A DNA stretch of 64,000 nt from an uncultured virus (IMG/VR IMGVR_UViG_3300025804_000224) (taxonomy: Duplodnaviria; Heunggongvirae; Uroviricota; Caudoviricetes): the IMG/VR virus record IMGVR_UViG_3300025804_000224; one strand, given 5' to 3'. The notes under the pieces are model-generated. The model was not told the origin of the DNA and did not search any database. It saw only the letters and a list, made by a program, of their open reading frames with translations. Each line of letters begins with the position of its first letter. The first letter of the stretch is position 1. Positions 10,857-20,795 of the stretch are shown here, one piece after another. A program made the translations under genes and the position numbers.

Positions 10857-10870
10857 TTTAAAGTTAATAT

Positions 10871-11491
10871 ATGGCTGAAGGATCTAAATTTAATGATGAT
10901 GAAGTAGCTGACATACTAAGGGACTTCCGTAAAGATCTACCTGAGTTAGCTAAGGAATCAATAGGTTCTGCAGCTAAACCTGGAGATCAGGCATTCTCTA
11001 CATTCCAGTCACTTTTAGATAAGTTTAATAAGAAGAATGGACTTAACTTAAAGATTAACTTCGTATCCTTATTTGATAACATGCCTATGTTATCTGAGGG
11101 TAATAATCGTAGGTTAGTTGAGCTATACATATCTGATACATGGCAGGATTTTAGGACTATATTCTTCCTACGTATTCTTATGTGCCTAGTTATCTTATCC
11201 GATAAGATAGCATCACCTGAAAGATTAGGAGATATGTCAACCACTCTTGATTCAGATATGAATATGGTCAATCAATTCTTCGATTTAATAAATAAGCTAT
11301 CTAATCTAGGTCAGCAAATAGGTATATTCGATACTAATGCTGAGTTGACTAGGATGCATAAGGAAGAGGATGCTAAGAAGATGGGAGGTCAAGATAATGC
11401 TCTAGCTAAACAGATACTAGATAAGTTATGGGATTCCATTAGAGGTAAAGAAGGTCAGGATAACAATAAGATAGAAGATAAAGGGTTATAA
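10871..11491 (+). CDS. Hypothetical helical protein (small terminase not excluded)
   Basis: 206-aa ORF with no diagnostic motif. Confidence 0.55.
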   Translation: MAEGSKFNDDEVADILRDFRKDLPELAKESIGSAAKPGDQAFSTFQSLLDKFNKKNGLNLKINFVSLFDNMPMLSEGNNRRLVELYISDTWQDFRTIFFLRILMCLVILSDKIASPERLGDMSTTLDSDMNMVNQFFDLINKLSNLGQQIGIFDTNAELTRMHKEEDAKKMGGQDNALAKQILDKLWDSIRGKEGQDNNKIEDKGL

Positions 11492-11665
11492 AATGTCAGT
11501 GGGTACGGACGTAAGATAATTAAGTATTTTAGTTCGTCGATAGGTATAGGTTAAATAGTAAGTTGATAAATAGGTTATAAGTTAATGTATAAAATTGGTT
11601 TTGTCATTTGCTGAGTCCGTACCCACTTTAATTTTAATAACATTACTAACTAATAATCAATAACT

Positions 11666-12244
11666 ATGGCAATTACACGTCAAGATATTATAGATAGATT
11701 ACATGAGTTAGGATATCAATTCTTTAGCTCAGGTGACTATAATTTAAATATTGTAGGTATACGTTACTCAAATACCAATACCAATAGATTTACTGATGAG
11801 ATTCATGTAATCTATAAGGTAAATGGTAGATGGGTACATGACGTATATCAAGCCACTACTAAGCCAGGTACTGCATCTTTATTGAATCCTACCAATAGTA
11901 AGGGTACTGCTATCTTAGTTCCAGGTCAATATAGGTCTAGCTTTAAATTAGGGTATCATAAAGGTAAGTACCTGGCTTTAGTACAGACTAAGCCACTTAA
12001 AGTCTATAGGGATGGAGATAGAGATAAGGTACTTGACCTTAATCCTAAGACTATAGATGAAGGAATTTATGGAATTAATATCCATAAGTCAGGTAGAGAT
12101 TCAGTTATTGTAGATAACTGGTCAGCTGGATGTCAGGTATTTAAGAGATCTTCTGACTTTAATAGATTTATCACTATATGTAATAAATCTAAGGATCTAT
12201 ATGGAAATAGTTTTACTTATACATTACTAGATAAATGGAAATAA
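11666..12244 (+). CDS. Putative peptidoglycan enzyme/endolysin with L,D-transpeptidase (YkuD)-like His/Cys motif
   Basis: GINIHKSG...WSAGCQV resembles the YkuD catalytic H..SxGC signature. Confidence 0.55.
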   Translation: MAITRQDIIDRLHELGYQFFSSGDYNLNIVGIRYSNTNTNRFTDEIHVIYKVNGRWVHDVYQATTKPGTASLLNPTNSKGTAILVPGQYRSSFKLGYHKGKYLALVQTKPLKVYRDGDRDKVLDLNPKTIDEGIYGINIHKSGRDSVIVDNWSAGCQVFKRSSDFNRFITICNKSKDLYGNSFTYTLLDKWK

Positions 12245-13548
12245 GAATAAATAATTCACGTCAACTTAATCATACTATAGCATGGAGTAGAGGTGAAGGT
12301 AAGATAGACTCACCTGATAATAGAAAGTTATGGGATTTAATTCCTAAGACTATGCAGGCACTCCAGGATACTGAGTCAGAGTTCTTCTATAGATGTGGTA
12401 TTAAAGATTATTCAAAGATTAATGTATCCCTAGCTAATTCACCTAGGGATGTACTCCAGACCTTTGGATTTGAGCTATATATCAATTGGAAGACTAAGCT
12501 TATCTCTAGTCAGACATTCCCAGCTATTGATAGATTCTCAGGGGTACCTGATATGGAAATGGCTAAGGCTATTAATTCTATCAGATTCTCTAAGGAAATT
12601 GGTACTATAGATGACCTTAATAGTGCTCTTCATCAATATGTAGGTAACTTCCCTACTTATATGGATGTATATGGAGTAGGAGCTACAACTAAGGATACTG
12701 ACTTGGAATTAGTAGAGAAAGCATCACCTAGACTTGCTGACTTCATCTATAACTACACTGAGTATAGGACTCTACATGATATTAATACATTTAGAGTATA
12801 CTTCGGACTCACTGGAGCTAGTAGATCTATAGGTAGGGATAAAGATGAAAATGAGTGTTCACTTAAGATAGCTCCTAATGGTAAGTTTATTAAGGACTTA
12901 GGTATTGATACTGAGTTAGAGATAGATCCACTATTCTATATACCTGAACCTATAGTACTTAAGGCACTTGAAGCTTATCGTAAGAAAGGTGACTCACGTG
13001 AGTTTAATAAAGTAATTAATAGATATAATTACGATAGTTTCTCAGTTCCACGTAGATATGAAGGTCCAGTAGCTAGGATTTATGGAATAGCTAAGGATAT
13101 TAATAAATCAGTATCTAGTATTAAGAACTTCACTGTATACCTTCCGATGAATACAGTAGCATCCGAGGTATCTACTGCATTTAAGGATCATGTCACTGAT
13201 AGATTCGGACGTCCATCAGTAGCTCTTAATCCTAATGAGATTGATTCATTCATACGTAAGGGATTAGAGGTATATGACATAATGTCTACTGATGAGTATG
13301 ATAAGATATCTCAAGGTAGGTCTAATGGAACTGGATGGATTCTTCAATACTCTAAATTCACTAGTAAGTTAGATTATATGGCATTACAGTGGGCAGTAAG
13401 TTTATTTAATTATAAATTAATTGCTCATCAAGGTAAAGAGTGGAAGTCATCTAATGAAGGTGGATTAGATGATAACATAGAAGATGCATTCTTCACTCAA
13501 ATTAATGGAATTATAAGTGACCTGCGTAAGTCAGGGATAGATTGGTAA
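12235..13548 (+). CDS. Hypothetical protein with MEIRINNSRQLN leader
   Basis: 437 aa, immediately upstream of the portal. Confidence 0.6.
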   Translation: MEIRINNSRQLNHTIAWSRGEGKIDSPDNRKLWDLIPKTMQALQDTESEFFYRCGIKDYSKINVSLANSPRDVLQTFGFELYINWKTKLISSQTFPAIDRFSGVPDMEMAKAINSIRFSKEIGTIDDLNSALHQYVGNFPTYMDVYGVGATTKDTDLELVEKASPRLADFIYNYTEYRTLHDINTFRVYFGLTGASRSIGRDKDENECSLKIAPNGKFIKDLGIDTELEIDPLFYIPEPIVLKALEAYRKKGDSREFNKVINRYNYDSFSVPRRYEGPVARIYGIAKDINKSVSSIKNFTVYLPMNTVASEVSTAFKDHVTDRFGRPSVALNPNEIDSFIRKGLEVYDIMSTDEYDKISQGRSNGTGWILQYSKFTSKLDYMALQWAVSLFNYKLIAHQGKEWKSSNEGGLDDNIEDAFFTQINGIISDLRKSGIDW

Positions 13549-13580
13549 CGTACTTATTTGATTAACTACAAGGAAATTAA

Positions 13581-15224
13581 ATGGCTAGTATAAGTCAACT
13601 TACTGCACTCCGAACTAATATTAATTCATTCGGAGGTAGGGTAGTCTCCTTAGGAGGTAGAGGTATGCAGGAGAGGGTATCCTCAGCTGCATTAGCTAGA
13701 TTTGGAGATAACTCTATAGATAAGTTCTATAGTGACTTATCTGAACTGAAGCAATACTCTACCTCTAAGATATGTACTACTTCATCAGGTATTATTGAGG
13801 AGTACATAAATAAGTTCCGTACTGAGTCAGGTAATGTAGTATCAATAACTAAAGACGGTAATGAGATACCTGAGTCAAAGACTTTAAATGAGTTATTTAA
13901 GTCAGTAAACTTTACTAAGTCATTATTTCAGGATCACCTCAATGACTATATACAGTTCGGATCTGAGTTACTCCTTATTAAGGTACCTAAGTCAGGTAAG
14001 ACTAAGGATGCATACCTAGAGAATATAAGATATCCTTATTCATCTATAGTTCATAGAGTAAGAGGTAAGGATGAGATATATGTTAATGGAGTAAAGCTCG
14101 ATCTAACCTGTGATGATGGATTCTATCTACCTATAAGAATAGGTAAGTTAGATGTAGAGTTAGATGAGAATGTATCATACTCAGGAATTAATGATACTGG
14201 TATGATAGTTGAGGAAAAATGGTTAGCCTCAGCTCCATTATTCTATGGATTGGTAACTGAACTGAAGTTATTTATCCTAAAGGATATATTATCCTCACTC
14301 ATTCAGATACAGGATATAGTATCACCTAACTTACTATTAACTCAGGTAGATAAGAATACTAGTCAGGAGAAAGCTACTGAGTTATCCAGTGAGATAGAGA
14401 AGTTAATCAATCAGTACGGTGACTTAACTCAGTTACTTGCATCTAATGCAGATATTAATACCCTATCTCAATTTACTCTAAATAATGTAAGAGTATATCC
14501 AGATATGTTAGGTGCCATTAATGGTACTAATAAACTGGATTTTACTCGACTTAAGGGTAATAATGGTGAGATAAGAAATGAGTTAGAGACTCAGGAAGGT
14601 CAGCTTATTAATGCTATAGGTATCCCAATTGACCTATATAAAGGTAATGCTACTAATAAATATGATGCATTATCTCAGTCAGATAGACTCTTATCAAGAG
14701 TTTCATCTGAGATGCATACAATAGATGACTCAATAGTTGAATTTACTAAAACTTATCTAAAAGGTATAGGTAAGTGGAGTGATGGACTGAGTGTAGTATG
14801 TAATTTATTTGATTATTCATTTATTGACTCAATCAATAGTAATTATAGGTATACTACATCTACTCAATCAACTCAGAACTTGAGTCAGTTAGCTGTATCT
14901 ATTAAGGATACAATTGAACAGACTTATGATATCTTCGATCCTGATAAACTTTATAAGAGACTGACTGATGAGGCTGAGAAAGTTTATCCAGGTATTAAGG
15001 GTATGATTAGACCTGACTTTATAAAGAAACTTAAGAAGTCACATGAGGCTGAGGAGATGCCTCCAGAGGATCAAAGTGGAGGTGAAGATCAACCTGAGGA
15101 TACTGGAGGTGATGAGTCACCTCAACCTGAGCAAGGTCAGGAGAGTCAGGAAGAGGTTCCCGCTGAGTCACCTAAGGAAGGTGAGGAATCTCCTGAGTCA
15201 GGAAGTGAACAAACTGAAGGTTAG
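13581..15224 (+). CDS. Portal protein (T4 gp20-like)
   Basis: 547 aa; DYIQFG and LINAIGIPIDL portal-like motifs; acidic disordered C-tail. Confidence 0.7.
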   Translation: MASISQLTALRTNINSFGGRVVSLGGRGMQERVSSAALARFGDNSIDKFYSDLSELKQYSTSKICTTSSGIIEEYINKFRTESGNVVSITKDGNEIPESKTLNELFKSVNFTKSLFQDHLNDYIQFGSELLLIKVPKSGKTKDAYLENIRYPYSSIVHRVRGKDEIYVNGVKLDLTCDDGFYLPIRIGKLDVELDENVSYSGINDTGMIVEEKWLASAPLFYGLVTELKLFILKDILSSLIQIQDIVSPNLLLTQVDKNTSQEKATELSSEIEKLINQYGDLTQLLASNADINTLSQFTLNNVRVYPDMLGAINGTNKLDFTRLKGNNGEIRNELETQEGQLINAIGIPIDLYKGNATNKYDALSQSDRLLSRVSSEMHTIDDSIVEFTKTYLKGIGKWSDGLSVVCNLFDYSFIDSINSNYRYTTSTQSTQNLSQLAVSIKDTIEQTYDIFDPDKLYKRLTDEAEKVYPGIKGMIRPDFIKKLKKSHEAEEMPPEDQSGGEDQPEDTGGDESPQPEQGQESQEEVPAESPKEGEESPESGSEQTEG

Positions 15225-15226
15225 TT

Positions 15227-15988
15227 ATGAATAAGATATGTTTCTCAAAGATAAGAGATGATGTATACTTCAATATGAAGATACTTCCTATAACTACTAT
15301 AGAAAGGTTATTTACTACATCACGTAGACTAACTCCAGATGAGGTATTTATTGAGATAGTTAAACAATCATTACTTGAATTTGAGAGATATTATCCAGTA
15401 AAGTTAACCTTAAAGACTCCTAACGTTAAGTGCGGAGTTAATGATATAGGATTTAATAATAATCAAGTAAGTTGGGTAAATAAATATTATCAGGAGGATG
15501 ACCAATCAATTATTAAGTTCTATGATAACTCAGAACAGGTATTCTATGGATTAATACCTGAGAGTGACTTAGAGTTAATACCACTTGCAGTTAAGAGACT
15601 ACAGCATAACTTTGGAGTTAGTCATCCTACTGATTACCGTAACTTTGAGTATCAGAATCCATATTTATATGGAGCCTCAGTTACTTCATATGCTTACTTT
15701 GCAGGTTTATTCAAGTGGCCAGTAATTGAGGATAAACGTAATTCTGAGGTTAGGTTGATAGATAAGACTTGGTTACTTCTTATGCCTTATGGTAATGATA
15801 CATATCGTACATTAAGGTCATTAGTAACTAGGGATTGTTGTGACTATATTCTTGATTTAAAGAATAACTTTACTTTACCTGGAGTTCCAGTTGAGGTATT
15901 TAATGGATTGAGTCAGATACGTGAGAGACATGACCAATTAGTTCAGAAAGAGTTTAATTCAGCTCAAGTTAGCTGGGGATGGGATTAA
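15227..15988 (+). CDS. Putative neck/head-tail adaptor
   Basis: Follows the portal; SLLEFERYYP segment and size fit an adaptor; positional inference. Confidence 0.4.
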   Translation: MNKICFSKIRDDVYFNMKILPITTIERLFTTSRRLTPDEVFIEIVKQSLLEFERYYPVKLTLKTPNVKCGVNDIGFNNNQVSWVNKYYQEDDQSIIKFYDNSEQVFYGLIPESDLELIPLAVKRLQHNFGVSHPTDYRNFEYQNPYLYGASVTSYAYFAGLFKWPVIEDKRNSEVRLIDKTWLLLMPYGNDTYRTLRSLVTRDCCDYILDLKNNFTLPGVPVEVFNGLSQIRERHDQLVQKEFNSAQVSWGWD

Positions 15989-15998
15989 TAATATTGAT

Positions 15999-16577
15999 AT
16001 GGATATAAGATTTAATAATGGTAAAGCCAGAAAGGCAGGTCAGATGAGTCAGGCTGCAGGTGCACTTATTGGAGGTGCAGCATTAGCTGGAGGTATAATT
16101 CATGGTACTATAGCTGGTACTGCAGCTGGAGCTATGACTCATAGTGTAGGTAAAGGATTAGCTACAGGTGCATCTGTAGGTGGAGGTGTACTTTTAGGTT
16201 TAGGTTCAATAGCTGCTGCATTTATAGGATTAGGAGCTGCACTGAAGAAGATAGATACTATAGGTAAACCTGGTGATGTATGGTTATTCCATGATGGTGG
16301 AGGTATCTATCATGAGGAACATATTGGTACTCTGACTAAGGATAATAAAGCTGAGATTAAGTCTAAAACTAAGGAAACTAAGGATAAGGCTAAGAAATCT
16401 GGAGCTAAGCATATTAGAGTTAAGGTATGTTTCTATCCTGAGAGACTTAAGGGACTCAAGATAAACATGAAGAATAAGTTCAAGAAGTATAAAAACTCAC
16501 GTCAATATAACTCTATATTTGATAAAGTTTATAGAGGATCTAACCTTGATATCTATAATAATTTTATGATAATGTAG
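15999..16577 (+). CDS. Paralog-family protein, possibly frameshift-truncated (extends to 16924 in the -1 frame)
   Basis: MDIRFNN leader, Gly/Ala hydrophobic region and family domain. An open -1 frame without an early start runs 16562-16924. Confidence 0.65.
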   Translation: MDIRFNNGKARKAGQMSQAAGALIGGAALAGGIIHGTIAGTAAGAMTHSVGKGLATGASVGGGVLLGLGSIAAAFIGLGAALKKIDTIGKPGDVWLFHDGGGIYHEEHIGTLTKDNKAEIKSKTKETKDKAKKSGAKHIRVKVCFYPERLKGLKINMKNKFKKYKNSRQYNSIFDKVYRGSNLDIYNNFMIM

Positions 16578-16938
16578 ATAAATCAATAGATGGTGTATAT
16601 GAATGTGTAAATATACTAACCGCATCCGATATAAAGACACTTATTCCTAATAATGGTATTGTTCGAGTCCCATTTATTTATCTTAATGGACACGATAAAA
16701 ATAATGACTGGACTCTATATAAAGGGAAGCCTGGATATAAGGAATCAGTATACGTAGGAATATATTCACCTCATGTTGGTATTGGTACTGATAACTCACA
16801 TTTTAGTGAGGTAAGTAGAATTGATTTCAAAGAATTCGACCCTGATTTACTCATGTTTGTACTAAATAATGTAAATTCTCATGGATTCCTTGATGTAGAT
16901 GCATTCTTAAGATATTTCAATTAATATAATAGATAACT

Positions 16939-18063
16939 ATGGTAATTAGGTCTAGTAATACATTACAGTTGAATTCAACTAAAGGTAAGATAGGAACTGG
17001 ATTAGCTATATCAGGTCTAGTTGGAGGTACTGTTATTACACCTGCATTAGCTCAATCAACTGTAGGTTTACCTGTAGTATTAGCTGCTAGTCTATTATCC
17101 ATAGGATCAATTAGCTTAGGTAAGTACTTAAGGAATCTAGATAAGTTCTCTAAGGATGGTCAAGCTTATATGTTCTATACATCAAGTGGTGCATTTCAAC
17201 GTAAGTTGATTGGAACTGTGAGTAAGACTATGGGAGTTAGTAATATAAAGAAGTTAATAAATTACTCTAAGTTACAGGCTAAGGTAAAAGATAAAGCTAA
17301 GCATATTAAAGTTGAAATAATTACTGATAGAGCTAACTTAGATAAAGTAACTGAGAGAATGAGAGAGAAATTAAGTAAATATCATAACTCAAGAATTCTT
17401 AACTCTATATGTACCAATATATATACTAACGCTAGAGGTGAGAGAACTGCTACTAATAGAATACTTAAAGGTACAGCTAAGAAGTCAGCTAAGGTAGGAA
17501 TTGCTTTAGGTGTAGGTACAGCTGGAGCTACATTTATCAAAGGTACAGGTAAAACTGTATCAAAAGCTATTGGTAAAGGACTAGATGTAGCCTTTAAGCA
17601 AGGTCCAGTTAAAGGTCCTCAGTTCCTATATATGAAAGGTAAGGATATAGTTAAGGTTGGACTAGAGTCTGGAGCTAAGAATAACTGGAAACCTGCACTT
17701 AAGTTAGGAGCTAAAGTAGCTGCACCTTTCTTAGCTATCTCAGCTGCTACTTACGGACTTTATAGATTACATAAAATAGCACGTGATGGAGACCTCTGGG
17801 CTTTCTACCTTAATAAAAGTAAGAAACCTGAGTCATCTAAGTTATGTAGAGTATCTAAGACCATAACTGAGAGTGAGTTAGAAACTATGATAAAACTTAA
17901 ACGTATAGAACTTAAGAATAAGGGATATACTAAGATTAAGTTTAGAATAGTTTACGATAAGACTAGATTAGGTCAACTTAAGGAGAATATGAGTAATCTC
18001 TTTAAGAAGAAATCTAATTCACGTGAAGTATTGAATTCAAGATGTATTGAAATATATGGATAA
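16939..18063 (+). CDS. Paralog-family protein with two tandem family domains
   Basis: DG..Y.FY...IK..I domain twice; ends KSNSREVLNSRCIEIYG. Confidence 0.75.
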   Translation: MVIRSSNTLQLNSTKGKIGTGLAISGLVGGTVITPALAQSTVGLPVVLAASLLSIGSISLGKYLRNLDKFSKDGQAYMFYTSSGAFQRKLIGTVSKTMGVSNIKKLINYSKLQAKVKDKAKHIKVEIITDRANLDKVTERMREKLSKYHNSRILNSICTNIYTNARGERTATNRILKGTAKKSAKVGIALGVGTAGATFIKGTGKTVSKAIGKGLDVAFKQGPVKGPQFLYMKGKDIVKVGLESGAKNNWKPALKLGAKVAAPFLAISAATYGLYRLHKIARDGDLWAFYLNKSKKPESSKLCRVSKTITESELETMIKLKRIELKNKGYTKIKFRIVYDKTRLGQLKENMSNLFKKKSNSREVLNSRCIEIYG

Positions 18064-18838
18064 TAGTATTAGAGAATTAAATTCTTGGACTGACTATCTA
18101 TATACTAGACTTAATAACGCTGAAGTTGACAAACCTAAGACTAGAACTACTGGAGCTGCTATGGTAGATGGAGGAGTCAACTTAGCAACTACAGCTATGA
18201 CTTTAGGTGGAGTAGCTGGTATTAAGGCTAAGTATAATAAAGCTAAGAATTTAGGTAAGTATGCTAAGGCATCAGGAGGTAAGAAAGTAGCTAAACAGTT
18301 CGGACTTCATGCTAAATGGGTAGCTCGAAATAAAGGTAGAGCTATTAAGAAGACTGCAGATACTGTAGGTAATAAGATTACTGGAGCTGGTAATGCCATT
18401 AAGAGTGGAGCTAAGTCAGCTGGTACTTCAGTTACTAAGGGAGCTCAGGCTGTAGGTAGAGCTGCATTTAAGCATCCAGGAGTTGCTATAGGTATAGCTG
18501 CAGCTGCAGTAGCTGCATCGCTATTTGCAGCTTACAAACTAAAGAAAGTTAAGCGTGATGGTGAGCTATATGCATATTACTCTACGTCACCTGGAGGTAC
18601 TGTGACTGAGGAAAGGATAGCTTCTATTCCTAAGTCAATGAATCCAGATGACTTAAAATCTAAAGTCGAGGAAACTAGAGCTAAACTTAAAGCTAAAGGT
18701 GCAATTAAGATTAAGTTTAGGGTAGTATATGATAAGACTAAGTTAGGTCAAATTAAAGAGAATATGAGTAATCTCTTTAAGAAGAAATCTAATTCACGTG
18801 AGGTATTAAACTCAAGATGCCTTGAAATTTATAAATAA
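18047..18838 (+). CDS. Paralog-family protein
   Basis: KRDGELYAYY domain; ends KSNSREVLNSRCLEIYK. Confidence 0.75.
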   Translation: MKYMDNSIRELNSWTDYLYTRLNNAEVDKPKTRTTGAAMVDGGVNLATTAMTLGGVAGIKAKYNKAKNLGKYAKASGGKKVAKQFGLHAKWVARNKGRAIKKTADTVGNKITGAGNAIKSGAKSAGTSVTKGAQAVGRAAFKHPGVAIGIAAAAVAASLFAAYKLKKVKRDGELYAYYSTSPGGTVTEERIASIPKSMNPDDLKSKVEETRAKLKAKGAIKIKFRVVYDKTKLGQIKENMSNLFKKKSNSREVLNSRCLEIYK

Positions 18839-18843
18839 ATAAT

Positions 18844-19329
18844 ATGGAATACGAGAATAATCTTGATGTAATCTATGGAGATAGATACACCAACTCTTTT
18901 TTTAATAAGAAGAAAGAGAATCATAGTAAGTCTTACTATGCAGGTAAGGTAGCTGGTTCACTCACTGGTGCAGCTGCCCATTATGTAAGGAACGTTAAAC
19001 GTGATGGTGAGCTATGGGCATTCTATATTGATAAGAATGGTCAATTCCAGGAGAAGTCAGTTGCTAAGGTAACCAGTAATATGAAGGATAGTGGACTCTT
19101 TGGTAACCAACTTAAGACACTTAAGAAGGTAAATAAGAAGAAACTTAAGGCTGAGGGAGCTAAGAATATTAAGTTCAAGGTCATCTACGATAGATCTAAG
19201 TTACGTAAGGCATCAGATAATATGAAGAAACTATTTGATACAGCGAAGGGTGAGGCTAAGGCTATTAAGTCTACTTGGACTAACTCTAGATGCATTAATG
19301 TATATATCGATTCAATATATAAGGGATAA
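18844..19329 (+). CDS. Paralog-family protein
   Basis: KRDGELWAFY domain; WTNSRCIN near the end. Confidence 0.75.
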   Translation: MEYENNLDVIYGDRYTNSFFNKKKENHSKSYYAGKVAGSLTGAAAHYVRNVKRDGELWAFYIDKNGQFQEKSVAKVTSNMKDSGLFGNQLKTLKKVNKKKLKAEGAKNIKFKVIYDRSKLRKASDNMKKLFDTAKGEAKAIKSTWTNSRCINVYIDSIYKG

Positions 19330-19333
19330 AGGT

Positions 19334-19864
19334 ATGGAATTGAGGCTTGTTAATAACAAAGGTAGGCATGAAACTGCAGTAAAGGTCGGACTTGGAGTTG
19401 CAGCTGCTACTGATTTAGCTGCAGGTGTAGTTGGACTTAATTATGCTAATAAATTAGGTAAAAGTGGAAATGTATTAGTGAAGAATCTCGGTGGTTCACT
19501 TAAAGGTAGAGCTATTAAGAATACTGCTAAAAATCTAGCTGTAGTGATGGGTATATATGCACTTTATAAGTTTGCTCATGTCCCTCGTAGTGGTACTATT
19601 GTAACTGCATATGAGCTTAATGGTATACCTAAGTCTGAGGAGTTGTTTAAGTTCAATAAAGGTGACACTAATAAGGATATTAAAGCTAAGGTAGAGGAAG
19701 CTAAGACTATCCTTAAAGGTAAAGGAGCTAAGCATATTAAATGTAAAGCTGTATTCGATAAGTCTAGAATAGCCCAAGTTAAGGAGAATCTTATGAGTAT
19801 GGTTAAGAAGAGATCTAACTCACGTGAGACATTAAATTCTAGATGCATTGAAATTTATTCATAA
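19334..19864 (+). CDS. Paralog-family protein
   Basis: ATG at 19334 (MELRLVNN leader) preferred to 19235; ends RSNSRETLNSRCIEIYS. Confidence 0.75.
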   Translation: MELRLVNNKGRHETAVKVGLGVAAATDLAAGVVGLNYANKLGKSGNVLVKNLGGSLKGRAIKNTAKNLAVVMGIYALYKFAHVPRSGTIVTAYELNGIPKSEELFKFNKGDTNKDIKAKVEEAKTILKGKGAKHIKCKAVFDKSRIAQVKENLMSMVKKRSNSRETLNSRCIEIYS

Positions 19865-19871
19865 TATATAT

Positions 19872-20272
19872 ATGAAGGTGAGATTTAATAATGGGTATCC
19901 AGGAATGATCGGAGATATCATTAAAGCTGCAGTAGTTTAGCTCCTATGATCATAGTTTCAATACTTGGATTAGTTGACTTAGTAAATTCATATAAGTATA
20001 AGAAGTGGAGAAATCAACCTATTGATAAAGATAGATTAGATAACTATATTTACTTAACCTATCTTACTCCAACTGGTCAGTCAATGACCACTACTCTATG
20101 TAAGTTAACTGATGATATGACTAATGGATTCGTAGAGGATCTATTACGTGGAGCTGTATATAAACTTCAGGTAGAGGAACATATGAGAAATGTTATCTAC
20201 ATAGAGGCTAGGGATGAGAATGAGTTTAAGGAATACTTAACTAAGTATAGGGACTCAAATAAAGTCAGTTAG
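19872..20272 (+). pseudogene. Paralog subfamily-2 gene split by a 1-nt frameshift
   Basis: MKVRFNNG...AAVV* (19872-19940) joins ORF 19946..20272 if TTT at 19936-38 is read as TTTT; QPID..MTNG domain. Confidence 0.6.
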
Positions 20273-20289
20273 TTTTACTTTTAGAGATA

Positions 20290-20334
20290 GGTTTTAAAAC
20301 GCTGGGTGAAAAACCTTTAACTTGAAAGTTTAAG
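20290..20334 (+). promoter_or_regulatory. Conserved intergenic motif, putative phage promoter (copy 2)
   Basis: GGTTTTAAAACGCTGGGTGAAAAACCTTTAACTTGAAAGTT, matching 9583-9625. Confidence 0.55.
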
Positions 20335-20373
20335 TCAAGAGTTTACCTATCTTAATATTAATTACTCAAATTA

Positions 20374-20790
20374 ATGGAAATACATAGAAAGAATAACTCA
20401 ATTAACTGGGGAGCTCTTGGTCTAGCTGCAGTAGTTACTGCAGGTGCAGTTGGATCAATAGCTCTAGGTAATTGGGCAGATAAGCAACCTGTATCTAAGG
20501 TAGGTGATGCATATATCTTCTACCTAGATGGAGTTGATATGCAGTTTAAGTCACTTAAGATAGGTAAGGTACCTCCAGGTATGACTAATGGTCAGTATAG
20601 TGCCTTAGTTAACTCAGGTGCAACTAGAGTTAATAGAACTAAGTTAGTAGGATCTGAAGTGCAAGCATATACTGTATCCAGTGATGCTGAACTTAAGGAT
20701 ATAACTCCAGAGATGTTTAGTAGAGTGCTTAATTCATATGCTAAGTACTATGCATCTACTCACTGGAAAGAGTATGCTAATAAACAATAA
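20374..20790 (+). CDS. Paralog subfamily-2 protein
   Basis: MEIHRKNNS leader, hydrophobic segment, QPVSKVGDAYIFYLD...MTNGQ. Confidence 0.7.
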   Translation: MEIHRKNNSINWGALGLAAVVTAGAVGSIALGNWADKQPVSKVGDAYIFYLDGVDMQFKSLKIGKVPPGMTNGQYSALVNSGATRVNRTKLVGSEVQAYTVSSDAELKDITPEMFSRVLNSYAKYYASTHWKEYANKQ

Positions 20791-20795
20791 ATATT

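Noticed and set aside
19235..19333. Track start of the 209-aa ORF
   Set aside because: It overlaps the previous gene by ~95 nt; ATG 19334 gives the family leader MELRLVNN.
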